Below are positions 17,442 through 26,626 of a DNA stretch of 64,000 bases, one piece after another. A program made the translations under genes and the position numbers. Position 1 is the stretch's first letter, and each line of letters opens with the position of its first letter. This stretch comes from Actinomycetota bacterium (GTDB lineage Bacteria > Actinomycetota > Actinomycetes > S36-B12), in assembly GCA_030645615.1 (NCBI GenBank), contig JAUSNB010000035.1:96987-160986 (forward strand), written 5' to 3'. Under the pieces are notes generated by a model, which was not told where the DNA came from, did not search any database, and was given only the letters and a program-made list of their open reading frames with translations.

Positions 17442-18488
17442 CTATGCGGCCTGGGCGAGGATGACCACGCCGGAGCCGCCTGCGTCGTTGGTGTTGCCTT
17501 CGCCGCCGTTGCCGGTGTTCGCTGCACCCGCCCCGCCGGTGGCCTTCGATCCGCCGACGCCGTAGGTGTTGCCGTCCAGCCACACCACGCCAGGGCCGCC
17601 GGTGTCACCGACCCCTGGCCCGCCCGCCCCGCCGGCGCCGTAGTTGGCGCCGTCCGAGGGGTAGCCCTGGCCGGGGACGTTGTTCGTGAATGTGCCCGCT
17701 GCGCTGCCCCAGAACCCCGTCGCGCCGGGGGTGAGCGCGCCGCCACCGATAGCGGTCAGGCCGATGAGCCCGACCTGCGAGCAGCCGCCACCTGTGGCGG
17801 CGGCACCGCCGGCGCCGACGACCACGGTGTACGTTCCCGGCTCCAGCCACACCGTCACCCAGATCTGGCCCCCGGCGCCGCCCGACCGTGACGAGGACCC
17901 CCCGCCGGCGCCGGCCTGCACGAGGAAGGTCGCCAGCCCGGCGACAGACACCGTGAACGACCCGTTGCCCGTCCACTTCGTCAGCGCGTAGCCGGTGATG
18001 CTGGACGTCGCGGGGCTACCGGTCGTGCCCGAAAGGGCAGCCGCACTAGCCCCACCCAGGAAAGGGAGCACCACCCATTCGTCACTCGCGGTGCGGACGG
18101 CCTTGCCGCCCGTGCCCTTCGCGAACGTCAACGCGGTGCCGATAAACGTCACCCCGGCACCCGGGGCGATCGTCAGGACGCCGTCGTTCTTGTTGAACCA
18201 ATGCAGCTCGGCCGCAGATCCGAACGCGACCGATGCTTGTGGAGGGATCGTGAACACGATCGCGGTGGCCTTGTTCGCGACGACCGACTTCCCGCCCGTC
18301 GCATCAGTCAGGGCGAAGGTGGCGTCGGCGGTCTTCACGCTCTGCGACGGAGCCACGTCGCACTTCGTGTCGAGGAGGTCGTCGAGGGCGTCGGAGTATT
18401 CCTCGAAGTTGACGGGCCCATCGGCGAGGGTGTACTCGGGGACCTCGTACACCCGGGTCTTGCCCGGCGGCGTGTAGCTCTGGGTCAT
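17442..18488 (-). CDS. Glycine-rich minor tail / tail fibre protein
   Basis: GAGGGS...GGAGG repeats, C-terminal GGSGVVIL. Confidence 0.8.
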   Translation of the reverse strand: MTQSYTPPGKTRVYEVPEYTLADGPVNFEEYSDALDDLLDTKCDVAPSQSVKTADATFALTDATGGKSVVANKATAIVFTIPPQASVAFGSAAELHWFNKNDGVLTIAPGAGVTFIGTALTFAKGTGGKAVRTASDEWVVLPFLGGASAAALSGTTGSPATSSITGYALTKWTGNGSFTVSVAGLATFLVQAGAGGGSSSRSGGAGGQIWVTVWLEPGTYTVVVGAGGAAATGGGCSQVGLIGLTAIGGGALTPGATGFWGSAAGTFTNNVPGQGYPSDGANYGAGGAGGPGVGDTGGPGVVWLDGNTYGVGGSKATGGAGAANTGNGGEGNTNDAGGSGVVILAQAA

Positions 18489-18497
18489 CAGGGCTCC

Positions 18498-18740
18498 TTA
18501 GTTGAGAACGCCGAGGATCACGGCGAGCGAACCGGTGGTGAGGACGAGGACGAGCTTCCCGACGGCCATGTCGCCGCGAGCGGGCGTGATCGTGCGAATG
18601 CCGGGAACAGACGCACCGGACAGGGTCACCGTTGCCAGCGGCGTGGCCCATGCGGTGACCTTGCCGACCAGGACGTCGACGCCGCCATCTGCGGCGCCCC
18701 GCTGCGCCTGGGCAATGGCGGCGAGCAGTGCGCGGCTCAT
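18498..18740 (-). CDS. Small minor tail protein
   Basis: MSRALLAAIAQ...VGKLVLVL...VILGVL; ATGA-coupled. Confidence 0.65.
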   Translation of the reverse strand: MSRALLAAIAQAQRGAADGGVDVLVGKVTAWATPLATVTLSGASVPGIRTITPARGDMAVGKLVLVLTTGSLAVILGVLN

Positions 18741-19819
18741 GCGGCGCTCACGACGCGGGTCTCGGCGGTCATGGTGCCTCCGACGAGGGGCAGGGTGATG
18801 CGGTCGAGGACGTGGTCGGCTTCGGTGGACGGGCTGGTGGCGATGGTGACGACGTCGTTCGGCTCGAGGAGCGGGTTGTAGACGGCCTGGAAGTTGATGC
18901 CGGACTGCGCGCCGCGGGATCCGGCGAGGAGCGCGGCGGCGGCGGCGATGGCCTCGGCCTCGGTTTCGACGGCGAGCTTCGTCGTGGGCTTGGGGCGGCG
19001 CCCCCAGGTTCCGTCCCAGTAGGTCGGGCTGGTGGGGTCGTCGTCCGTGACGAGGACGATGCCGCCCTCGGTGTCGGTCGAGCCCCACTCGATGGCGATC
19101 CCGTTGTACGTGTCGCGGCGGGTGGCCTTGATCGACGCCTGCACCAGGACGCCGCCGGCACCGGTGGCGATTCGGGCGACGGGCGTCGGGTCGGGCTCGG
19201 CGGGGTCTATGTGCCACACGCCGACCGCGTCGACGAACACGGCAGCACCCAGCATCGCGGCCAGTTCGTTGATGGCGGACCATCGGCCAGTGCCGGCCTT
19301 GTACACCGCCCCAGCGAGGGTGGCCTGGCTGGTCGAGATGCCCGCGTCGACGCTCCACGTGGGCGTGCCCGGGACTGCTTCATCGACGAGCGACTTGATG
19401 GAGTTGACGACGGTCAACGGGCTCCCGCCGCTGCTGGGCGACCACGCGGTGATCAGCGGGTAGTCGTCCACCAGCTGCGCGGCATCGGACAGGACAACAG
19501 CGAGCGCGAGCCGGTCAGGGTCGCCGTCGAGCTCCTGGACGTACAGCGTGCCGACGGTCACGTACTCGGTGGAGCGGTCGAGGAAGGTGATGCCCTTCTC
19601 GACGAGGACCTGCGAGGCGGTCGTGATGCCGGCGAGGAGTCCTGGCGTGGCGGGGTCGTCGCGGAGGAGGAGGTTCGCGGTGCGGCGGACGTTGGCGGGC
19701 CGGTTGAGGTTCAGGGATCCGGATTCCAGGGGGATGGTGTCGCCGTCGATCGTGATCCGGGTCAGGGTGCGGTGGGAGTACGCCAGCGCCTCGGAGAACC
19801 GGGCGGACGCGACGATCAC
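18737..19819 (-). CDS. Minor tail / hub protein (DUF5047-like)
   Basis: SARFSEAL, VRRTANL, GAGGVLV, YNGI, DDDPTSPTYWDG, NPLLEPND. Confidence 0.8.
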   Translation of the reverse strand: MIVASARFSEALAYSHRTLTRITIDGDTIPLESGSLNLNRPANVRRTANLLLRDDPATPGLLAGITTASQVLVEKGITFLDRSTEYVTVGTLYVQELDGDPDRLALAVVLSDAAQLVDDYPLITAWSPSSGGSPLTVVNSIKSLVDEAVPGTPTWSVDAGISTSQATLAGAVYKAGTGRWSAINELAAMLGAAVFVDAVGVWHIDPAEPDPTPVARIATGAGGVLVQASIKATRRDTYNGIAIEWGSTDTEGGIVLVTDDDPTSPTYWDGTWGRRPKPTTKLAVETEAEAIAAAAALLAGSRGAQSGINFQAVYNPLLEPNDVVTIATSPSTEADHVLDRITLPLVGGTMTAETRVVSAA

Positions 19820-20607
19820 GAGAACATCACCTGGAGCCAGGTCATCCCCGACGCCACGATGTACTCCCATGTCCAGCCCAGCTCGACGATCTCCTCCCAC
19901 GTGCGGCCGTCGACCGGTGTGAACGTGGCTGGCGGCGGTGCGATCCGCTGGATGTCAAGGACGAAGCGGCGCCCGGGCTCGGTGGCCACGAGCGGGTTGA
20001 GGGACTCCACGGCGACGCGACCGACCGCGAGATACCAGAGCCCGTCGAAGCCGTATGTCTCCGGGTAGCGGGGGGAGAACGCGATGATGTTGCCCCGCGA
20101 GAGGGCGGTGTTCATCTCGTCCTTCGCGGCCAGCGTCGCGGTGAGCAGCGACAGTGCCCCGGAGGGGTGGCGAAGGACCTGGGAGATCACGACGGGGTCG
20201 GGTCGGTTCTGGGCCCAGACGAACTCGGACGGGATCCCCTGGCCCCACGTGGGCATCTTCTCGGGGTGCACCTCGAGGATGGTCGTGGGGCGGGACAGGT
20301 CGAAGAGGGCGTCGAACCCGAGGTCGATCTCGCCGGTCGCCGCGACGGTGGCGGTGGCTCGATAGCCGTCGCTGGTCCGCTCGCACGACACGTGGTAGGC
20401 GACCGCGGTGTTCTGCGGTGCCTCGAGGTCGGACACGAACGCCGCACCAGCGGACAGGGCAGCGTCCTCAGCGCCGCGGACCCCGATGGCCCCGTCGAGT
20501 GCCTGGCGGGTCAGTGTGAACGTGTCGAAGTCCGTCGTCGTCAGGGTCACGTCGAACCCGGTGCCGTCCCCGTTCAGGACGGCAGCGAACGTGTCGATCG
20601 TCGGCAT
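19816..20607 (-). CDS. Distal tail-like minor tail protein
   Basis: Follows tape measure; DLEAPQNTAVAY, RPDPVVI, TWEE tail. Confidence 0.7.
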   Translation of the reverse strand: MPTIDTFAAVLNGDGTGFDVTLTTTDFDTFTLTRQALDGAIGVRGAEDAALSAGAAFVSDLEAPQNTAVAYHVSCERTSDGYRATATVAATGEIDLGFDALFDLSRPTTILEVHPEKMPTWGQGIPSEFVWAQNRPDPVVISQVLRHPSGALSLLTATLAAKDEMNTALSRGNIIAFSPRYPETYGFDGLWYLAVGRVAVESLNPLVATEPGRRFVLDIQRIAPPPATFTPVDGRTWEEIVELGWTWEYIVASGMTWLQVMFS

Positions 20608-20608
20608 G

Positions 20609-23575
20609 TCAGACCCCCGCGCCTGCGAGCACCAGCTGGAGGCTGTCGGCGTCCCGCTCGTCCATGCGAACGTCGACCAGTTCGGTGATGTCGCGGTCGC
20701 CCAGCTTCACCTGGAGGTTGATTACCTGCCGCCCACGGCCATCCGTGGAGCCCGTGAGGGAGGCCATGTGCTGGCTGATCGACGGCACGATGGTCCCGTC
20801 GGCATCCGGGACGAAGACCTCCGCGCGGTGTTCGCCGACGATGTAGGCGTGGCCACGGGACACCGGGCCGCCGCTGTCGCGGCCGGGGAGGGTTCCGCTC
20901 TCGAAGGCGCTCCGGAAGACCGTGGTGACCGTGACCGTGATCGTCGAGGTGCGGTCCATCGATGCGGCCAGGTTGTCCATGAGGCGCATGAGGCGCTCGC
21001 GGCCGGCGCCGTCCTTGCCGAAGTGGTCAACGAACGCCGAGAGGGTCGCCTTGGCGTCCTTCAAGCCTGCGCCGTAGAAGGAGTCCGCCGCGAACTCCCC
21101 GACCTTGTCCGCTGCGCCCTGGGCGGCAGCGACGAGGTCGTTCGCCTCGGTGATCCGCCCTGCCCCGCCCAGGAGGAGCTCATCGGCGATGGCCGTCCCG
21201 GCCGTGGCGCCCTGGGCGAGCACCTGCTGGAGGGCTTCCTGGGACATGCCGGCGGCGATGAGCTGGCGCACGCGCTCGGCGAACAGCTTCGCTTGCTCGG
21301 CCTGGAGGCGGAGCGCGTCCATGAAGGACACACCGCCCTCGGTGCCCACTTGGGAGAAGGCGGCACCGAAGTCCATGACGCGCATGATCGAGCCGGAGAC
21401 GCTCGACGCGAAGGAGGCCATCTCGGCCTTGATGTCGTCGACGTTGCCACGCAGCTGCGTGACGGTCGCCTCGTATGCGGCCTGGACCGCCTCCAGCATC
21501 GTGTCGCGCGCCGCGGCCCGGACCTTCGGGTCCTCATCGCGCATGCCCTTGGCGTAGGCCGCGATCACGGCCCGGCCGATGGTCATCGCGACCGCCTGGG
21601 CATCGGCGCCGCGTGACCAGGCGCCTACGATCCAGCCCTCGATGGTGTCCGATCCGATCGCCTCGAACACCTTGGATGGCGAGGCGATGCCCAGAACATC
21701 CTTGACGACGTCAGGGAGCTTGTTGACCTGCTCTTCGACCCATCCCAGGAACGCGTTCCAGGGGGCCATGAAGCCGTCCTTGATGCCCTGGACGATGTTG
21801 CCGCCGATCTCCAGGAACGTGCCGACCATGCCGCTGAGGAAGCCCGTGATGCCGTTCCAGATCTCCTCGATCCGGGTCTTCAGCCCCTCGAAGCCGATCT
21901 TGATCAGCTCGACGGCGGTCTGGATCTTGGGCCAGACGTTGTCGACGAACCAGTCGACCACGGCCATGACGGCGGTCTTGACGGCGTTCCACGCCAGGAT
22001 CGCGGCTTCCTTGTAGAGCTTGAACTTCTCGACGATCCAGTCGATGACCTTCTTCAGGACTGGCCAGACGTACTCCATGAACCATGCGACGACGACCTGC
22101 ACGGCGTCCCAGATCCGGTCCCACACCCACTTGACGACCGTGAAGTACGCCTTGAAGTAGGTGACCAGGGCGTCGATGACCCATTTCACGGTGGGCCACA
22201 CGTACTCCATGAACCAGTCGACGACGGCCTTGACCGCGGTCTGGATGGCGGCCCACACGACGGTGACGACGGTGCGGAACGTCTCGTTGTTCTCCCATAG
22301 CCACTTGATCGCGCCGATCAAGGCGACGATTGCCACGATCACCAGGCCGATCGGGTTGGCGCTCATCGCGAGGTTGAGCGCGATGACCCCGGCGGTCACG
22401 CCGACGAGCACGCCCTTGAGCAGGTCGGACTGCATGACCCACTCGACGATGCTGGCCACGATCGGGGCGATCACGGCGACGCCCTCGGCGAACAGCTCGA
22501 GCAGGGGCGAGAACGCGGCGACGAGCGGGGTGATCAGGTCCAGCAGGGGTGCAAGGGCGTCGAGCAGGCTTCCGAAGGCCTCCACCAGCGGGAGCAGGGC
22601 GGGGATCAGCGCATCGAGGCCGCGAGCGAGGGCCGTCCCTGCCGTCGCGGCGATGCGGGAGAAGACGTCGGCGATCGGCGGGAGGATGGGCGCGATCGCG
22701 GCGAGCGCGTCGGACAGGACGCCACCGAGGGTTCCGGCCACGAGGCCGAGCGGCTCGGCAATCCCTTCCAGGACTGGCGAGAGGGTGTCGAACGCCTCGG
22801 TCAGGGCGGGGAGCAGCGCGCCGCCGATGGTCTCCTGGATGTTGCCGTAGAGGGTCTGGAACGCCTCGATCGGGGACTTCGTCGCTTCGGCGACTCCGCC
22901 GACCTGCGACTCGACCTCCTTCATGATGATCTTCTGGGCGGCGAGGGTCTTCCCCGACTCGACCAGTGCCTTGATCTGCTCCTTCTGTCCCTCGGTGAAC
23001 GTGACACCGGCGCGGGACAGCGCGGAGATGCCCTTCTCCGGGTCGTTGAGGGCCTTCCCGAGCATCTTCGCTGCCGATGCGGCATCCCCGAACCCGGCCT
23101 TGGACAGGTCGAGTGCCGCCGCTGTGGCGCGGTCGAACATCGCGGCCTGGCCTTCGCCAGCGTTCTGGACGTTCTTGAAGGTCAGGAGGAGGTTGGATGC
23201 GGACTGGATGGCCTCGTCGTCGATGCCGGTCTTGCGGGACAGGGCGTCCGCGAGATTGCCGACCTGCGTCGACGTCACGAGCGCGGCGCCACCGGTGGCC
23301 TCGATGATCTGCTCGGTCGTGCGCGCGACCGCGATCGACTCCATGCCCTGCTCGGCCATGTTCTTCAGGGCGTTGCCGAGCAGGACCGCTCCGCCCACGG
23401 CCGCGCCGCCGATGAGTGCGGCGCCCCACGCCTTGGAGAACCGGTTGCCTGACGAGCGGCCGACAGAGTCGGCGGCAGCGTCGGCGGGGCCCGAGAGCTC
23501 GTTGGCGATCGCGTTACGGCCGCCCTTGAAGCTCGGGATCAGGGAGACGTAGGCCGCTGCGATTTCAACGCCCAC
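20609..23575 (-). CDS. Tape measure protein
   Basis: AAAYVSLIPS start, LGKALNDP, NPIGLVI, Trp/Phe periodic repeats, C-terminal SGGPV...YIVGE motif. Confidence 0.95.
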   Translation of the reverse strand: MGVEIAAAYVSLIPSFKGGRNAIANELSGPADAAADSVGRSSGNRFSKAWGAALIGGAAVGGAVLLGNALKNMAEQGMESIAVARTTEQIIEATGGAALVTSTQVGNLADALSRKTGIDDEAIQSASNLLLTFKNVQNAGEGQAAMFDRATAAALDLSKAGFGDAASAAKMLGKALNDPEKGISALSRAGVTFTEGQKEQIKALVESGKTLAAQKIIMKEVESQVGGVAEATKSPIEAFQTLYGNIQETIGGALLPALTEAFDTLSPVLEGIAEPLGLVAGTLGGVLSDALAAIAPILPPIADVFSRIAATAGTALARGLDALIPALLPLVEAFGSLLDALAPLLDLITPLVAAFSPLLELFAEGVAVIAPIVASIVEWVMQSDLLKGVLVGVTAGVIALNLAMSANPIGLVIVAIVALIGAIKWLWENNETFRTVVTVVWAAIQTAVKAVVDWFMEYVWPTVKWVIDALVTYFKAYFTVVKWVWDRIWDAVQVVVAWFMEYVWPVLKKVIDWIVEKFKLYKEAAILAWNAVKTAVMAVVDWFVDNVWPKIQTAVELIKIGFEGLKTRIEEIWNGITGFLSGMVGTFLEIGGNIVQGIKDGFMAPWNAFLGWVEEQVNKLPDVVKDVLGIASPSKVFEAIGSDTIEGWIVGAWSRGADAQAVAMTIGRAVIAAYAKGMRDEDPKVRAAARDTMLEAVQAAYEATVTQLRGNVDDIKAEMASFASSVSGSIMRVMDFGAAFSQVGTEGGVSFMDALRLQAEQAKLFAERVRQLIAAGMSQEALQQVLAQGATAGTAIADELLLGGAGRITEANDLVAAAQGAADKVGEFAADSFYGAGLKDAKATLSAFVDHFGKDGAGRERLMRLMDNLAASMDRTSTITVTVTTVFRSAFESGTLPGRDSGGPVSRGHAYIVGEHRAEVFVPDADGTIVPSISQHMASLTGSTDGRGRQVINLQVKLGDRDITELVDVRMDERDADSLQLVLAGAGV

Positions 23576-23578
23576 GGG

Positions 23579-23965
23579 TCACGCTCCCTTCTCCCACCAG
23601 CTGTTGAAGTCGCGGATCGGAATGGGGTCCTTGCCGATCCGCTTGCCCCAGGCCTTCTTCCCGGGCCTGGGGAGCGGCTTCGGCCTGGGCGCGCTCTTCT
23701 TGCCCGACCGCTGCCAGTTGGCCAGGGCGAGGAGATCGGTGACACCGGCGAGCAGGTGGTCCGTGATGGACCAGGCGGTCTCGTCACCGTTGACTGCCCC
23801 AGCGAGGGCGGACGTCCGGGGTGAGTGGCGGATGATGACGGCGAGGTCACGCCAGGTGAGCCTGGGACTGCCGAGCCACGCGAGGCGAAGCCCGAGCACG
23901 ATCAGGTCGTACTCGATCGCCTCCTGATGCTCGTCGAGCAGGTTCAGGAGGCCTTGGATTCCCCC
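23579..23965 (-). CDS. Tail assembly chaperone, -1 frameshift extension (T part)
   Basis: Overlapping -1 frame GIQGLLNLLDEH...ANWQR...PKPLPRP entered at GGGGGAA. Confidence 0.85.
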   Translation of the reverse strand, partial: GGIQGLLNLLDEHQEAIEYDLIVLGLRLAWLGSPRLTWRDLAVIIRHSPRTSALAGAVNGDETAWSITDHLLAGVTDLLALANWQRSGKKSAPRPKPLPRPGKKAWGKRIGKDPIPIRDFNSWWEKGA

Positions 23966-24204
23966 AGGGTGACCTTCGAGTCCTCCATCCACGCTGCGAA
24001 CAGGTCGCGGATCTCGATCATGTTCATCTTGTCGAGCTGCTCCAGTGCCTTCGGGTCGGCGAGCTCCTCGATGATGGCGAACATGGACTCCGCTTCGCCT
24101 TCCTTGCGGACCTTGCGCATGACCCCGAAGGGGAGGCTGGCGAACTTGGGGAGGATGACCTTGACGCCGGCGGGGGTCGTGTAGTGGAACTTCTCGAGTG
24201 CCAT
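23944..24204 (-). CDS. Tail assembly chaperone (G part)
   Basis: Ends ...VTLGESKAS with CTG GGG GAA slippery site. Confidence 0.85.
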   Translation of the reverse strand: MALEKFHYTTPAGVKVILPKFASLPFGVMRKVRKEGEAESMFAIIEELADPKALEQLDKMNMIEIRDLFAAWMEDSKVTLGESKAS

Positions 24205-24302
24205 GGCGGAGACCTTTCGTCGTGGATGGGTGCGCGGAGACGTGGTGAAGCAGCGGGCCGGGGCCGGTCTCCGCGCGAGAGCCCCGACCCGCTGTCCTTG
24301 GG

Positions 24303-24881
24303 TCAGGCGTTCACGCCATCGTCGGTGTAGATGTAGATGCTGTTGCCGTCGGCGTCCGGGTAGCAGGACAGGACGACGGGCAGCGTGATGGCGTCCGACT
24401 TCGTGAAGGAGACCTCACCGGTCTCCGTGATCTGCCCGTCGGGCACCACGATGACGATCCGGACGAGGCCGTCCTTCATCCGGAACACCCACGACTTGCG
24501 CGGCATCTCGTGCGCGCCGATCTCCACGGCCAGCTGCGCACCGTTGGAGACGCCGGCCGCCGTGGCGGTGACGTAGTCGTCGCCGAAGGCGTTCTTCAGC
24601 GACTCCTCGTTGAGCTCGAGGTGGGCCCACGACAGGGTGCCGTTGAACTCCTCGAGGATGGACCGGATGACGGCACCGGACCAGTCCTTGATGGTCTTGG
24701 TGCTGCGCTCCGGCGTGAGGGTGACGCCGTCCTCGTTGACGTAACCGGAGTCGGTGAACGCCACGTTCAACGTCGCGATCGCGGTGGTCGGGAGGGCGGT
24801 CCCCTTGGGTGCGGAGAGGATCGCTCCGGTAGTCGCCTGATCCGGCGCACCTACCAGGACGTTGTCGGCATCAACTGCCAT
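24303..24881 (-). CDS. Major tail (tube) protein
   Basis: ILSAPKGTALPT, GYVNEDGV, IKDWSG, VVPDGQITE, YPD. Confidence 0.9.
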   Translation of the reverse strand: MAVDADNVLVGAPDQATTGAILSAPKGTALPTTAIATLNVAFTDSGYVNEDGVTLTPERSTKTIKDWSGAVIRSILEEFNGTLSWAHLELNEESLKNAFGDDYVTATAAGVSNGAQLAVEIGAHEMPRKSWVFRMKDGLVRIVIVVPDGQITETGEVSFTKSDAITLPVVLSCYPDADGNSIYIYTDDGVNA

Positions 24882-24940
24882 GATGTGCCCCTTTCAGGCG
24901 GTGTGCGGAGACCGATGAAGGGGTGGTGCACCGAGGTCCG

Positions 24941-25366
24941 TCAGAGGACTTGTCCCCGGACCGCGACCTGGTAGGTGGCGGAGTATCGGTAGTGCTCCGG
25001 AGCGAGCTCGTCCGGATCGGAGTACGGGGCGGAGAACTCCCGCACTTCGTAGATGGGGACCGTGCCCAGGAGTCCGTTGCGCTCGGCGCGCCCGATGAGC
25101 GCACGTGCGAGTGACGCAAACCGCCCGGCGGAGCCGCCACTCTTGGCATACGCCTGCACGGTCACCTGGGCACGGTCCGTGACGAGGTCCTGGCTGGTGC
25201 CGCCGGTGCGGGTGACGAGCAGGAACTTCGCGGGGAGGGGGTCGGGCCGCTCGCCGGCGTGGACGGCAACGGTGGCGTACCCCTCGATGCCGGCGAGCTG
25301 GTCGACGTAGAACTCCCTCAGGAGGTCCTCGACATCGGGGAACACGATCGCCTGGGAGTCGGTCAT
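24941..25366 (-). CDS. Tail terminator / minor tail protein
   Basis: FPDVE, VTRTGG, DPD...RY. Confidence 0.75.
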   Translation of the reverse strand: MTDSQAIVFPDVEDLLREFYVDQLAGIEGYATVAVHAGERPDPLPAKFLLVTRTGGTSQDLVTDRAQVTVQAYAKSGGSAGRFASLARALIGRAERNGLLGTVPIYEVREFSAPYSDPDELAPEHYRYSATYQVAVRGQVL

Positions 25367-25372
25367 GAGGGC

Positions 25373-25624
25373 CTACCTTCCGGCGCCGATGGCGCGTGTG
25401 AGGATCTTGTCCCGCGCTTCGGCGCGGACGGCTTCGGGCGTGGCCGTGCGGACGGAAGCTCGCGCGCGAGTCCGTCCAACGGCGCTGTCGACCTCGCACC
25501 CCTCGCCGGCGGCCGCGGCGATCGCCTCGGCCCGCCGAGTGAGATCGGCCAGGACCTCGGGGGACTTGAGCAGCTCGCGGACCCGGGCCCGGTGCAGCCG
25601 GACGGTGACCTTCTCGCGGCCCAT
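25373..25624 (-). CDS. Neck protein (HK97 gp10-like)
   Basis: VRELLKSPEV...RAEAIAAAAG...RARASV. Confidence 0.7.
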   Translation of the reverse strand: MGREKVTVRLHRARVRELLKSPEVLADLTRRAEAIAAAAGEGCEVDSAVGRTRARASVRTATPEAVRAEARDKILTRAIGAGR

Positions 25625-25626
25625 CG

Positions 25627-25974
25627 TCAGCCGCTCCAGTCGATCAGCTCGACGCGGATGTGGTCGACCAGGCCGGATGGCGAGGTCCAAGGCTGGGGTT
25701 CCCCGTTGACGCGATACACATGCCCGTTGACGCGGATCCCGTCGGTCGCGAGGACGTCCGTGCCTGGCGGCAGGGAGACGGTCCAGCGGACGATGACTGA
25801 CGTGCGGTTGGCGAGGTCCTCGACTGATGGACCAGGTGCGACGACGCAGTTGGCGACCTCGACGTCGCTGGCCGGTGGGGCGTCCCAGTCGACGATCGTC
25901 GTTCCGCGGTCGACTGTGGTGGCGGGCCGGACGACGTCGATCGTGGTGGCGGCCCAGCTGGGTAGCGCCATCAT
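25627..25974 (-). CDS. Head-to-tail stopper
   Basis: DWD, PPGTDV..TD, YRVNGEPQPW. Confidence 0.75.
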   Translation of the reverse strand: MMALPSWAATTIDVVRPATTVDRGTTIVDWDAPPASDVEVANCVVAPGPSVEDLANRTSVIVRWTVSLPPGTDVLATDGIRVNGHVYRVNGEPQPWTSPSGLVDHIRVELIDWSG

Positions 25975-25990
25975 GCAGGCCCTTCAGCAC

Positions 25991-26587
25991 TCATGGCTGC
26001 ATCACGATGAGGCGGGGGTACCGGAGGCGGAACGACTTGGCGAACGCGCGGTCGTCCGGGGAGAGCAGGGACTGCCCGCCCACTGCCCAGGCGGCGAAGG
26101 ACGTGGACTCCGTGAGAGACCCGGCCGTCTCGGTGTGCTGGGTCGCACCCGACGCCGCGGCGTCGGGGATCAGGATGGCGCGCTTGGCAGCCTCGGCGAT
26201 GCACAGCCGCACCTCGTCGGGCACGACCGCGTCGCCGTGCGTGTACGTGACGCGGACGAACGCGAGGGGGCCGCCGAGCCCCGCGTACTCCGGGGGGTCC
26301 GTGACGCTGAGCCACTGATCCATCCGGGTGTACGTGACGGCGTTGGCGTCATCGTCGATGACGGCTTCCACGGCGACGACGGGCACCTGCGGGAGGTACA
26401 CGTCGCCGCCGTGGACACGAAGCCGCACGGTCGAAGAACCCGGCGTGAACAGTTGCTTCGACAGTCGCCGGAACTGCTGGGACAGCCGGTCGAGCACCGG
26501 CTCCACCTTGGTTGACTCGGTGGCGGTGAGGCTGCGGCCGAGAACGGCCGCGACATCCGCGGCTTCCGCGAGCTGGGTCACGGTCAC
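25991..26587 (-). CDS. Head-to-tail adaptor
   Basis: LAEAADVAAVLGRSLT, VRVTYTHG. Confidence 0.75.
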   Translation of the reverse strand: MTVTQLAEAADVAAVLGRSLTATESTKVEPVLDRLSQQFRRLSKQLFTPGSSTVRLRVHGGDVYLPQVPVVAVEAVIDDDANAVTYTRMDQWLSVTDPPEYAGLGGPLAFVRVTYTHGDAVVPDEVRLCIAEAAKRAILIPDAAASGATQHTETAGSLTESTSFAAWAVGGQSLLSPDDRAFAKSFRLRYPRLIVMQP

Positions 26588-26626
26588 AGCCCCACCACCT
26601 TCCCGAGTACGTTCCCGACGTCCGGT

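Noticed and set aside
17442-18488. Diversity-generating retroelement or invertible tail-fibre system
   Set aside because: No reverse transcriptase, TR/VR pair or invertase is visible
22060-22220. Repeated CGTACTCCATGAACCA as a CRISPR-like repeat
   Set aside because: In-frame tape-measure protein repeat (WFMEYVWP); no spacer array or cas genes in the window
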